The notes below the pieces were generated by a model that saw nothing but the letters and a program-made list of their open reading frames with translations, made no database searches and was not told the origin of the DNA. 64,000 nt of DNA, from positions 64,001-128,000 of the forward strand of contig OY843768.1 in NCBI GenBank assembly GCA_963693095.2, written 5' to 3'. This document shows, piece by piece, positions 15,001 to 20,776 of this stretch (positions are counted from its first letter, which is position 1; every line of letters starts with the position of its first letter). The stretch comes from Cenarchaeum sp. GTDB lineage: Archaea; Thermoproteota; Nitrososphaeria; Nitrososphaerales; Nitrosopumilaceae. Both the position numbers and the translations under genes were made by a program.

Positions 15001-18000
15001 CCACGATCGACGTCACGTTCAGCGAGGGCATCGCCTCGGACTCGATCGCGCCGGCGGCCTTTGAGCTGCACGGCCCGAGGCCCTCGGGCCAGCCCGACGG
15101 CGTCAACGGCGCCGAGATCGGCATCACGGGCGCCGCGCTCCGCACGACGGACAACGCGCGCTCGGAGGTCGTCAGGCTCACGCTGGCCGCCGGCGCGGGG
15201 CTAATGCACGACGGCGTGTACACGGTCACGGCGCTCGAGGACGACGCGGACGACGACGGCGTGCGCTCCGTGACGGGCGAGGCCCTGGACGACGACGAGA
15301 CGGCCGAGTTCACCCGCTCGGAGGACGACCTGTCGCTCGTCTCGGCGGCGCGCGTCGACGACACCACGATCGACGTCACGTTCAGCGAGGGCATCGCCTC
15401 GGACTCGATCGCGCCGGCGGCCTTTGAGCTGCACGGCCCGAGGCCCTCGGGCCAGCCCGACGGCGTCAACGGCGCCGAGATCGGCATCACGGGCGCCGCG
15501 CTCCGCACGACGGACAACGCGCGCTCGGAGGTCGTCAGGCTCACGCTGGCCGCCGGCGCGGGGCTAATGCACGACGGCGTGTACACGGTCACGGCGCTCG
15601 AGGACGACGCGGACGACGACGGCGTGCGCTCCGTGACGGGCGAGGCCCTGGACGACGACGAGACGGCCGAGTTCACCCGCTCGGAGGACGACCTGACGCT
15701 CGTCTCGGCGGCGCGCGTCGACGACACCACGATCGACGTCACGTTCAGCGAGGGCATCGCCTCGGACTCGATCGCGCCGGCGGCCTTTGAGCTGCACGGC
15801 CCGAGGCCCTCGGGCCAGCCCGACGGCGTCAACGGCGCCGAGATCGGCATCACGGGCGCCGCGCTCCGCACGACGGACAACGCGCGCTCGGAGGTCGTCA
15901 GGCTCACGCTGGCCGCCGGCGCGGGGCTAATGCACGACGGCGTGTACACGGTCACGGCGCTCGAGGACGACGCGGACGACGACGGCGTGCGCTCCGTGAC
16001 GGGCGAGGCCCTGGACGACGACGAGACGGCCGAGTTCACCCGCTCGGAGGACGACCTGTCGCTCGTCTCGGCGGCGCGCGTCGACGACACCACGATCGAC
16101 GTCACGTTCAGCGAGGGCATCGCCTCGGACTCGATCGCGCCGGCGGCCTTTGAGCTGCACGGCCCGAGGCCCTCGGGCCAGCCCGACGGCGTCAACGGCG
16201 CCGAGATCGGCATCACGGGCGCCGCGCTCCGCACGACGGACAACGCGCGCTCGGAGGTCGTCAGGCTCACGCTGGCCGCCGGCGCGGGGCTCATGCACGA
16301 CGGCGTGTACACGGTCACGGCGCTCGAGGACGACGCGGACGACGACGGCGTGCGCTCCGTGACGGGCATGGCCCTGGACGACGACGAGACGGCCGAGTTC
16401 ACCCGCTCGGAGGACGACCTGTCGCTCGTCTCGGCGCGCTATATCAGTGACACGTCCGTCGGCCTCACGTTCAACGAGGGACTCCTAGAGTCCTCGGTCG
16501 TCAAGGACGCCTTTACGCTGCACGGCCCGCTGCCGACTACGACACCGGTGCTCATCGACACGGCCACGCTCGACACGGCCAGCGCGGACAACCCGCACCG
16601 CCGGACAGTCACGCTTGCGCTGGTCGACCCTGGCATGACGATCGACGGCACATACAGGGCCACGGCGCTCGTAAACGACCTCACCGACGCCGCCGACTTT
16701 GGCGTGCTCGACTTAACAGGCGTGCCGCTTCTCGAGCGCGGCACGGCAGACCTGGAGCGCGCCCTGGGAGCGCCGACGCTCGAGTCGGCGACGTACGTGG
16801 ATGACAACACGATCACCCTGACGTTCAGCGAGGCAATAGACTCGGGCACGATCGATCCAGAAGACTTTGAGCTGCACGGCCCAAGACCGTCAGGTGCCGA
16901 TGAAGGCGTCAACGGCGCGACTGTTGCCATCATGGGCGCCGATCTTGACGGTGACTCGACGTCCAACCCGCAATCCACAATCATCAGGCTCACGCTTGCC
17001 GGCATGGGGATGGTGTACGACGGCATATACACGGTCACGGCCCTGGCAGACGACCCTGATGACGATACTGACCACGGCGTGCACGCCGTGTCAGGCGAGG
17101 CCCTGGCCGAGGACGACACGGCCGAGGTGAGCCGTGGCGCTGACAACCCACCAACGCTAGTCTCGGCAGTATACATTGATGACAACACGATCCGCCTCAC
17201 GTTCAGCGAGGGAATAGACTCGGGCACGCTCGACCGCGAGGACTTTACGCTGCACGGCCCAAGACCGTCAAGTGCCGCCGAGGGCGTCAACGGCGCACCC
17301 GTTGAGATCATGACTGCCCTGCTCTATGGCGATCTGGCGTCCAACCCGCGCTCAGAGATCGTCATGCTCACGCTGGCAGGCATGGGAATGATGTACGACG
17401 GCACCTACACGGTCACGGCCCTGGCCGATGACCCCGGCGACGCAGCAGACCACGGCGTGCACGCCACGACAGGAGAGGCCCTGACCGAGGACGGCACGGC
17501 CGAGGTTAACAGGGGTGATGGCCCGCCGACACTAGAGTCAGCAACGTACGTCAGCGACGTGGAGATCACGCTCACGTTCAGCGAGGGCCTCCTAGAGTCC
17601 TCAGTCATGACGGACGCCTTTACGCTGCACGGTCCGCTGCCGGCGACGACGGCGGTGACCATCGACACGGCCACGCTCGACGCGGCCAGTGCGGAAAACC
17701 CGCACCGACGGACAGTCATGCTTGCGCTGGTCAGCCCCGGCATGACGATCGACGGCATATACAGGGTCACGGCGCTCGTGAACGACGTGACCGACGCGGA
17801 TATCCACGGCGTGCTCGACACAACAGGCGTGCCGCTCCTAGAGCGCGCCACGGCAGACCTGGAGCGCGCCCTGGGCGCACCCACCCTCGTCTCGGCGACA
17901 TATGTCGATGACCACAATATCCGCCTCACGTTCAGCGAGGGCATCGACTCGGCCACGCTCGGGCCGGAGGACTTTACGGTGACAGGTCCGGAGCCATCAA

Positions 18001-19907
18001 CCACGGGGCTGCTAGTCACGCGCGCAGCCCTCCACCAGCCCATGGGCGCAAACCCGTTTGGCAGGGTCATCACGCTGACCCTTGGCCTTGAGGGCATGGA
18101 CATCGACGGCACCTACACCGTCACGGCCCTGGCAGACGACCCCGGCGACTCTATTGACGCCGGCGTGCGCTCCACGACAGGCGAGCCGCTGGACAACAAT
18201 GGCGTGGCGCAAGTCCTGCGCGACGAGGCTGCCCTCACGTTTGATCGCGCGCGCGCGCGCCTCGTAGGCGACGTGACTGCCTTTGTGCTGACGTTTAGCG
18301 ACGGCCTGTCAGGCACATCAGTCACGCTAGGCACGACGATCACAGTCGCCGACCCTGACGGCAACGCGCTCTCGCCGACCCTCTCGCACACGGACGGCTC
18401 AGACACAGTCACGCTCACGTTTGGCTCCATACTGCCTGATGGCATATACACGGCGACTGCCACCACTGGCATCCTTAGCATGTATAATGATGCGCTCGAT
18501 GAGGAGACGACGCGCAACATTAACTGGTTCGTGCAGCGCCCAGAGTTCTGCTGCGCGAGGTTCGTCGAGGCCAACGAGATACTCTTTAGGGCAGAGCACG
18601 CCCTTGATCCGGCAACGCTCTCCGCAATGACTGTCTCGCTCGTGGACTCTGAGGAGGAGCCTGTCGCACTGTCCGCAGACACGCCAATAGTGTACAACGA
18701 TGATGCCCTAACCATCACGCTCAACCTCGCCGAGGATGCCGAGTATGGCGTGTACCATGTCCTGACAACGGATGACATCATCGACACGCGCTCAATAGAG
18801 TACGAGCCATCAAGGCTTCGCGCGGTCCACATGAGGCAGACGTCAAGCTGTGATGACTGCACGCCGCCGACACTGGGCCTCAACGACAACGCAAAGCGCC
18901 TCGTCACGGGCGGATTCTCGTACAACGGGAGGATGCTAGACGTCGAGTACTATTACACGCCAATGCCGATCCAGCGCGTCAACGTGGGAGACGAGAATGT
19001 CGTCACGCTAAAGATATACGAGAACAATGGCCCGCGCGCAATAAGGCATGCGGGAATCGCCTTTGGGCTCACCGATGGCCAGCACTTTGCCGAGTCACGC
19101 GCAAGCATCGGCGTCGACAGGTCATTTGAGGGCGAGCTCGAGCTCACACTTGACGATCCGGACAACGTCATTGACAACACGTCGATGCGCATAGAGGCGT
19201 TCACGTCACCATGCATGGTGGGCGCTGACTATCTCTGCCTAGTCGTCTCGATATACCACACGTTCCGCGAGCCACTAGAGTTCACCGACATCTCGACAGT
19301 CGTCTGGGACGACCGGCGCAACGCGTGGCAAAACTTTTTCAACCACGGCGTGGAGATACTAGGCGAGTCGCTAAACCCCGAGCGCGGAATACCGGTCAAT
19401 GACGGCAGCCTCGTGCTATATCCGCTCGTCTCGGGCGACTCGGATTCTGATGCAGACGGCCTGTATGACTTTGACGTGAGGCACGTGACGTACATGATCG
19501 ACGAGGGCGGCGCGCTATACCGTCTTGCGTCAGACGGGTCGTACCGGCCGACATCGAACCTCTATTCCATGCACCACGTGCTAGACGAGTCAATGTACCG
19601 CGTGTATGGGCATGCCACGTCGTATCGCCTTGACCGCCAGGGCGAGAACTTTGAGGCAGAAAAGCGCGCGCAGGAGGCACTGGCAAAGGAGATCATGGCG
19701 AGGCTCCACATAGAGGTCGCAAGGGGAGGCATTGGCGATGCGCCCTCTGAGGACGATGTGGACGGCCCTGCTCCGGCTCCTGCAGTCAACTATGCGGATC
19801 GCCTCTCGGCCCTGCGCGACATACTCGTAAAGGAGGTCAACCTCGCCGAGCTTGCCTTTAGGGGACTGTATCCGGCACTAGCCGACCCAGTAGAGCCTGC
19901 GCCCTAG
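18..19907 (+). CDS. Giant acidic cell-surface/adhesin-like protein with many Ig-like (SbsA/Big-type) beta-sandwich repeats and a non-repetitive C-terminal domain; 5' end lies upstream of the window
   Basis: Single 6629-aa ORF, with the frame already open from position 3 (N-W-L-F-D-V). The motif 'PTLxSAxYVxDxxIxLTFSEGID...F.V.GP...VxLTL...G.YTVTA' recurs throughout. Rich in D/T/A/V. C-terminal 'DCTPPTLG...YTPMP...VWDDRRNAWQNFFNHG...GESLNP' block resembles the tails of large thaumarchaeal surface proteins. Confidence 0.85.
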   Translation: MTDGTPGATPVTVRPTTIALNSDSVTLLLGITRADLDSATVDAYYAVRSQAEPTFLDLAGNAVSQAESPSVMENEPTFTARTASSTRIDVTFDRAVRTMEGALAQASDWRVYPDASSSDHVVPTLVSAPSGQSLAAGGTGTTLLSLALAPGDALDTDVTPRIEYVATPPTLEGVVTATILVTHPLRAGTDATALDGAPPQPASATTNSPEQTTVTFSEPVNFAGNSFIVRMAHWAIDESVGGLTQRRAVTSVTPHATDTESLVLAHGTLESTSVRPRITYIAGNDDDGRIVDRAVDAAGMPSPNELDVDRFVVAEDGTSPAAACLSVAVIRDGSERTGPFAQYARAGDRIQVGLALVEAVPRLTPPTVRFMGGDDVTVMAHGSAGSFCTATFAQAWAAEHTIPDYETDPAEFAFVVTGADPRGNTFTFMQDSLDTANVIIDTDAPGLDGSAADALRMDQVEAGARVDGPNRLPARVGSEVRVVATADEPLDTLAGDMALFGGARLSTSVAAVAGVSPNTHAWSTTLRTGDPEGPAEFTLILRDRASNTITLTEADLTVNSLDSSRGHRVTVDTTPPRLLAAMPTSQSMATLTFSEPLRASTVRAPAAFSVAAPTGVASPTSVYDTDATPLDPAHAEATLTRGSGVLTLTGATYASDTSVLVTFSEDLDGTSVTDGALVITGPAPSMATRAIMSSSPSRNAVTLTLDSPGLDTDGVYAVRALAASSSQAGVRDTAGLALATDGTVELRRTTAAPSIAGAAYIDDTSVSVTFSEGIDASSVSAGAFSVTGPAPAVTARTVTSATLDAASPANAIRNVITLGLAGPGLDADGTYTVMALAAASAGDPGVRDTTGTALAGLGTATFERGPALTAAAYVSDTQITLTFSGPLDAATLGAGNFAVTGPAPAATPRTVASATQGSSASANTVTLTLSGAGMETDGVYTATASPRVAGTGGVPLNADLRASTLGRDTSAPTLVSAEHLGDTLIRLTFSEGIDAASVGANAFMVVGPSPMSTVLTVTSATLDAASAANAHQTVVTLTLASPGLDADGTYLVTTLAAASAGDPGVRDTTGTALSTVGTAFALRTQAAPRLLGAEYVSGTSATLTFSAEPGAALAVPATFTVTGPAPATTPRTVASAMQGSGASANTLTLTFASPGLDAEGTYTLRASGSATLIDPAHAEAMIVRDTVAPTLIGATYLNDASIRLTFSEGLDAHTVLASAFAVTGPAPGEDGIGVVGATLDAAPASNAQRTTVTLTLAPPGLDADGTYTVTALASEHPGDPGVRDTTGTALESAAQGTVVRTMTSPRLLGASYVSDTSITLEFSESLDAASVSGAAFAVSGPLHSSASLPVDSATLDTAAPDGSRRTVTLTLASPGLDTDGTYTITASAIMASYSEGSREARILLSPDLGMGVYTITPPATVADIAGNVPAAYGAGEIHYEDVASTVTVMTRVLVDGELVAADAKAGATLVIVLEADEPISVVSASLLGDAALPPTSIVGEGTSWQIRRTIADGDAEGPVEFAITVRDTALVPNETMLTHEDIADGEHHVEIDTTPLTFTAVTRPGPWPIPASRTAASVPPDATRTIVTISEALQPSVDVGMSIDTNKWILLDNPFSFQSPTATSTRLPTVGGTLLVSSATVLTLGDSPTIELIHPPSFGTHQPIVTYHPEAGDAPPLLLDTALNGPSLRDLMGSGLVHFEDVAWTVSADEVPPYLYAFIRDDNTILWLATEYIERPPPQSICDTPRTTCTNPALLAYEDWTIELVDHHSHDTPARHVAHFHPDRSASFSGIGLDQGIPNTGSSSFSYVYPEGAMRSQDFVYFTYSPPEQGAFEHPSSWWDRSGNYMEAQTWLVGRNVAPGAAELGLTVLRDDTDDGMENYVARTGPFASYARAGDRIAIDLVLDGSPSRQVRPTMSFFGGVTWSAAPLETRNDQGQISAETNPFPLWSGPEPGLRVDNRIPMVALLELREWSGTLNVSDGRPSTEGRVPFAIGVTGIGGASRTIANDAITDDSFAEIDLTPPSRPIAAFGAGGRTIVLSFDEPLDFSRAASAFGVAVEDTPVALDADTPPAYDAVTQSVTISLEEAASDGIYTVSISRDLTDRATNAYVDGDVMLSIDTNAPTASNARFSDAATILFDVSEPLDDSTLNNGNVSVVTVSDLNALSSGRAGLVVSVATEFRATEGQTVTVGIPAAVTDSSGRAFVPTELEATYGGDPPELIRAAYVSDTSVRLTFNEDLLATSVTPTAFSAMGPARDSEALRVVGATPVAGSPASTMVMLESPGMDSDGTYTFTAIAAMDETAVGVRDAIRLPLAVAATADVMRNPLSPSIESAAYVSNTGITVTITEDVSAATVRPAAFTLTGPKPSTEARDIMTATLNSEAAEGERRVITLGLVSPGMIFDGIYELTALEAAADGDAGLRDLVDTPVSPPDKVDITRSEDDLTLVSAARVDDTTIDVTFSEGIASDSIAPAAFELHGPRPSGQPDGVNGAEIGITGAALRTTDNARSEVVRLTLAAGAGLMHDGVYTVTALEDDADDDGVRSVTGEALDDDETAEFTRSEDDLTLVSAARVDDTTIDVTFSEGIASDSIAPAAFELHGPRPSGQPDGVNGAEIGITGAALRTTDNARSEVVRLTLAAGAGLMHDGVYTVTALEDDADDDGVRSVTGEALDDDETAEFTRSEDDLTLVSAARVDDTTIDVTFSEGIASDSIAPAAFELHGPRPSGQPDGVNGAEIGITGAALRTTDNARSEVVRLTLAAGAGLMHDGVYTVTALEDDADDDGVRSVTGMALDDDETAEFTRSEDDLTLVSAARVDDTTIDVTFSEGIASDSIAPAAFELHGPRPSGQPDGVNGAEIGITGAALRTTDNARSEVVRLTLAAGAGLMHDGVYTVTALEDDADDDGVRSVTGEALDDDETAEFTRSEDDLTLVSAARVDDTTIDVTFSEGIASDSIAPAAFELHGPRPSGQPDGVNGAEIGITGAALRTTDNARSEVVRLTLAAGAGLMHDGVYTVTALEDDADDDGVRSVTGMALDDDETAEFTRSEDDLTLVSAARVDDTTIDVTFSEGIASDSIAPAAFELHGPRPSGQPDGVNGAEIGITGAALRTTDNARSEVVRLTLAAGAGLMHDGVYTVTALEDDADDDGVRSVTGMALDDDETAEFTRSEDDLTLVSAARVDDTTIDVTFSEGIASDSIAPAAFELHGPRPSGQPDGVNGAEIGITGAALRTTDNARSEVVRLTLAAGAGLMHDGVYTVTALEDDADDDGVRSVTGEALDDDETAEFTRSEDDLTLVSAARVDDTTIDVTFSEGIASDSIAPAAFELHGPRPSGQPDGVNGAEIGITGAALRTTDNARSEVVRLTLAAGAGLMHDGVYTVTALEDDADDDGVRSVTGEALDDDETAEFTRSEDDLTLVSAARVDDTTIDVTFSEGIASDSIAPAAFELHGPRPSGQPDGVNGAEIGITGAALRTTDNARSEVVRLTLAAGAGLMHDGVYTVTALEDDADDDGVRSVTGEALDDDETAEFTRSEDDLTLVSAARVDDTTIDVTFSEGIASDSIAPAAFELHGPRPSGQPDGVNGAEIGITGAALRTTDNARSEVVRLTLAAGAGLMHDGVYTVTALEDDADDDGVRSVTGEALDDDETAEFTRSEDDLTLVSAARVDDTTIDVTFSEGIASDSIAPAAFELHGPRPSGQPDGVNGAEIGITGAALRTTDNARSEVVRLTLAAGAGLMHDGVYTVTALEDDADDDGVRSVTGEALDDDETAEFTRSEDDLTLVSAARVDDTTIDVTFSEGIASDSIAPAAFELHGPRPSGQPDGVNGAEIGITGAALRTTDNARSEVVRLTLAAGAGLMHDGVYTVTALEDDADDDGVRSVTGEALDDDETAEFTRSEDDLTLVSAARVDDTTIDVTFSEGIASDSIAPAAFELHGPRPSGQPDGVNGAEIGITGAALRTTDNARSEVVRLTLAAGAGLMHDGVYTVTALEDDADDDGVRSVTGMALDDDETAEFTRSEDDLTLVSAARVDDTTIDVTFSEGIASDSIAPAAFELHGPRPSGQPDGVNGAEIGITGAALRTTDNARSEVVRLTLAAGAGLMHDGVYTVTALEDDADDDGVRSVTGEALDDDETAEFTRSEDDLTLVSAARVDDTTIDVTFSEGIASDSIAPAAFELHGPRPSGQPDGVNGAEIGITGAALRTTDNARSEVVRLTLAAGAGLMHDGVYTVTALEDDADDDGVRSVTGMALDDDETAEFTRSEDDLTLVSAARVDDTTIDVTFSEGIASDSIAPAAFELHGPRPSGQPDGVNGAEIGITGAALRTTDNARSEIVRLTLAAGAGLMHDGVYTVTALEDDADDDGVRSVTGEALDDDETAEFTRSEDDLSLVSAARVDDTTIDVTFSEGIASDSIAPAAFELHGPRPSGQPDGVNGAEIGITGAALRTTDNARSEVVRLTLAAGAGLMHDGVYTVTALEDDADDDGVRSVTGMALDDDETAEFTRSEDDLTLVSAARVDDTTIDVTFSEGIASDSIAPAAFELHGPRPSGQPDGVNGAEIGITGAALRTTDNARSEVVRLTLAAGAGLMHDGVYTVTALEDDADDDGVRSVTGEALDDDETAEFTRSEDDLTLVSAARVDDTTIDVTFSEGIASDSIAPAAFELHGPRPSGQPDGVNGAEIGITGAALRTTDNARSEVVRLTLAAGAGLMHDGVYTVTALEDDADDDGVRSVTGEALDDDETAEFTRSEDDLTLVSAARVDDTTIDVTFSEGIASDSIAPAAFELHGPRPSGQPDGVNGAEIGITGAALRTTDNARSEVVRLTLAAGAGLMHDGVYTVTALEDDADDDGVRSVTGEALDDDETAEFTRSEDDLTLVSAARVDDTTIDVTFSEGIASDSIAPAAFELHGPRPSGQPDGVNGAEIGITGAALRTTDNARSEVVRLTLAAGAGLMHDGVYTVTALEDDADDDGVRSVTGEALDDDETAEFTRSEDDLTLVSAARVDDTTIDVTFSEGIASDSIAPAAFELHGPRPSGQPDGVNGAEIGITGAALRTTDNARSEVVRLTLAAGAGLMHDGVYTVTALEDDADDDGVRSVTGEALDDDETAEFTRSEDDLSLVSAARVDDTTIDVTFSEGIASDSIAPAAFELHGPRPSGQPDGVNGAEIGITGAALRTTDNARSEVVRLTLAAGAGLMHDGVYTVTALEDDADDDGVRSVTGEALDDDETAEFTRSEDDLTLVSAARVDDTTIDVTFSEGIASDSIAPAAFELHGPRPSGQPDGVNGAEIGITGAALRTTDNARSEVVRLTLAAGAGLMHDGVYTVTALEDDADDDGVRSVTGEALDDDETAEFTRSEDDLSLVSAARVDDTTIDVTFSEGIASDSIAPAAFELHGPRPSGQPDGVNGAEIGITGAALRTTDNARSEVVRLTLAAGAGLMHDGVYTVTALEDDADDDGVRSVTGMALDDDETAEFTRSEDDLSLVSARYISDTSVGLTFNEGLLESSVVKDAFTLHGPLPTTTPVLIDTATLDTASADNPHRRTVTLALVDPGMTIDGTYRATALVNDLTDAADFGVLDLTGVPLLERGTADLERALGAPTLESATYVDDNTITLTFSEAIDSGTIDPEDFELHGPRPSGADEGVNGATVAIMGADLDGDSTSNPQSTIIRLTLAGMGMVYDGIYTVTALADDPDDDTDHGVHAVSGEALAEDDTAEVSRGADNPPTLVSAVYIDDNTIRLTFSEGIDSGTLDREDFTLHGPRPSSAAEGVNGAPVEIMTALLYGDLASNPRSEIVMLTLAGMGMMYDGTYTVTALADDPGDAADHGVHATTGEALTEDGTAEVNRGDGPPTLESATYVSDVEITLTFSEGLLESSVMTDAFTLHGPLPATTAVTIDTATLDAASAENPHRRTVMLALVSPGMTIDGIYRVTALVNDVTDADIHGVLDTTGVPLLERATADLERALGAPTLVSATYVDDHNIRLTFSEGIDSATLGPEDFTVTGPEPSTTGLLVTRAALHQPMGANPFGRVITLTLGLEGMDIDGTYTVTALADDPGDSIDAGVRSTTGEPLDNNGVAQVLRDEAALTFDRARARLVGDVTAFVLTFSDGLSGTSVTLGTTITVADPDGNALSPTLSHTDGSDTVTLTFGSILPDGIYTATATTGILSMYNDALDEETTRNINWFVQRPEFCCARFVEANEILFRAEHALDPATLSAMTVSLVDSEEEPVALSADTPIVYNDDALTITLNLAEDAEYGVYHVLTTDDIIDTRSIEYEPSRLRAVHMRQTSSCDDCTPPTLGLNDNAKRLVTGGFSYNGRMLDVEYYYTPMPIQRVNVGDENVVTLKIYENNGPRAIRHAGIAFGLTDGQHFAESRASIGVDRSFEGELELTLDDPDNVIDNTSMRIEAFTSPCMVGADYLCLVVSIYHTFREPLEFTDISTVVWDDRRNAWQNFFNHGVEILGESLNPERGIPVNDGSLVLYPLVSGDSDSDADGLYDFDVRHVTYMIDEGGALYRLASDGSYRPTSNLYSMHHVLDESMYRVYGHATSYRLDRQGENFEAEKRAQEALAKEIMARLHIEVARGGIGDAPSEDDVDGPAPAPAVNYADRLSALRDILVKEVNLAELAFRGLYPALADPVEPAP
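7324..16436 (+). repeat. Intragenic tandem array: 25 full copies plus a 38-bp partial copy of a 363-bp (121-aa) unit
   Basis: Unit starts TCACCCGCTCGGAGGACGAC. The period of 363 is confirmed by the recurring small ORFs at 7438, 7801 ... 16150 (24 intervals of 363). Only four polymorphic sites were seen. Confidence 0.97.
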
Positions 19908-20776
19908 CGCACAATCCTGACGGGGTTTCGCAGCGTGCCGAGGCCTGATATGGCCGACTCGACGATATCCCCGTCACCGAGGTACTCGCAGCCCTCGACG
20001 TCAAGTGCCGTCCCGCCCGGCGTGCCCGTGGAGATAATGTCGCCGCGCTCTAGTGTCATCGAGCGGCTAAGCTCCGATATGAGGCGTTCAGGCCCGAGCT
20101 TCATCTCGCCGGCGAGGGCGTCCTGGCGCGACTCGCCGTTGACGCGCGTGGTTATGCGCACGTCCCGCCAGTCGGCAACCTCATCGCGAGTCGTTATCCA
20201 CGGCCCGCACGGCGCAAACGTGTCAAACCCCTTTGCCCTCGTGAACTGCCCGTCGCCAAACTGGATATCGCGCGCCGAGACGTCATTTAGGATCATGTAT
20301 CCAAATATCGACTCGGCGGCCTCCTCGAGGCTCGCGCGCCTTGTGCGCCGTCCCACAATTACTGCAAGCTCGGTCTCATAGTCGAGCTCGCGCACGAACG
20401 ACGGGCAGACAATGTCAGCTCTTGCGCCGGCTAGCGCAGTTGACGGCTTCATGACGACAACAGGGCGCGCACTAGAGGCCGCCGTGTCGTGGCCAGACGC
20501 ATGGCTCCCATAGTTGAACGCCGAGCAGAGTATCTTTGGCGGCGTAGGTATCGGCGCGAGGAGCTCACACTCGGATATTGCATGCGCGTGCTCTATCGAG
20601 CCGGCCACGCCGCTGACCTCCTCGACCCATCCGCCAAAGAGAAACTCTGTCACGCTAGCCGGCACGGGAATGCCAGTCTGCGCCCTAATGTCCTCCATCG
20701 TCGCAACTGCGTCACCGGACACTATCGCGTACGTCTCGGCATTGCCAACCACCACTCTTGCAATCCTCACCGCCAT
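19904..20776 (-). CDS. Fumarylacetoacetate hydrolase family protein
   Basis: Motifs 'PPKILCSAFNY', 'LDYETELAVIVG', 'NDVSARDIQ', 'KGFDTFAPCGPWI', 'GDIISTGTPGG'. Confidence 0.93.
   Translation of the reverse strand: MAVRIARVVVGNAETYAIVSGDAVATMEDIRAQTGIPVPASVTEFLFGGWVEEVSGVAGSIEHAHAISECELLAPIPTPPKILCSAFNYGSHASGHDTAASSARPVVVMKPSTALAGARADIVCPSFVRELDYETELAVIVGRRTRRASLEEAAESIFGYMILNDVSARDIQFGDGQFTRAKGFDTFAPCGPWITTRDEVADWRDVRITTRVNGESRQDALAGEMKLGPERLISELSRSMTLERGDIISTGTPGGTALDVEGCEYLGDGDIVESAISGLGTLRNPVRIVR

Noticed and set aside
6290-16402. Very long antisense ORFs (3370, 1166, 1022 aa) and recurring 70-aa ORFs over the repeat array
   Set aside because: These are shadows of the repeated, GC3-saturated sense gene. 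One stop-free unit repeated 25 times gives long ORFs automatically, and the silent CTA allele breaks one of them at random.
7324-16436. Array considered as CRISPR or another non-coding repeat
   Set aside because: The unit is 363 bp, in frame within a CDS, with no unique spacers and no cas genes.
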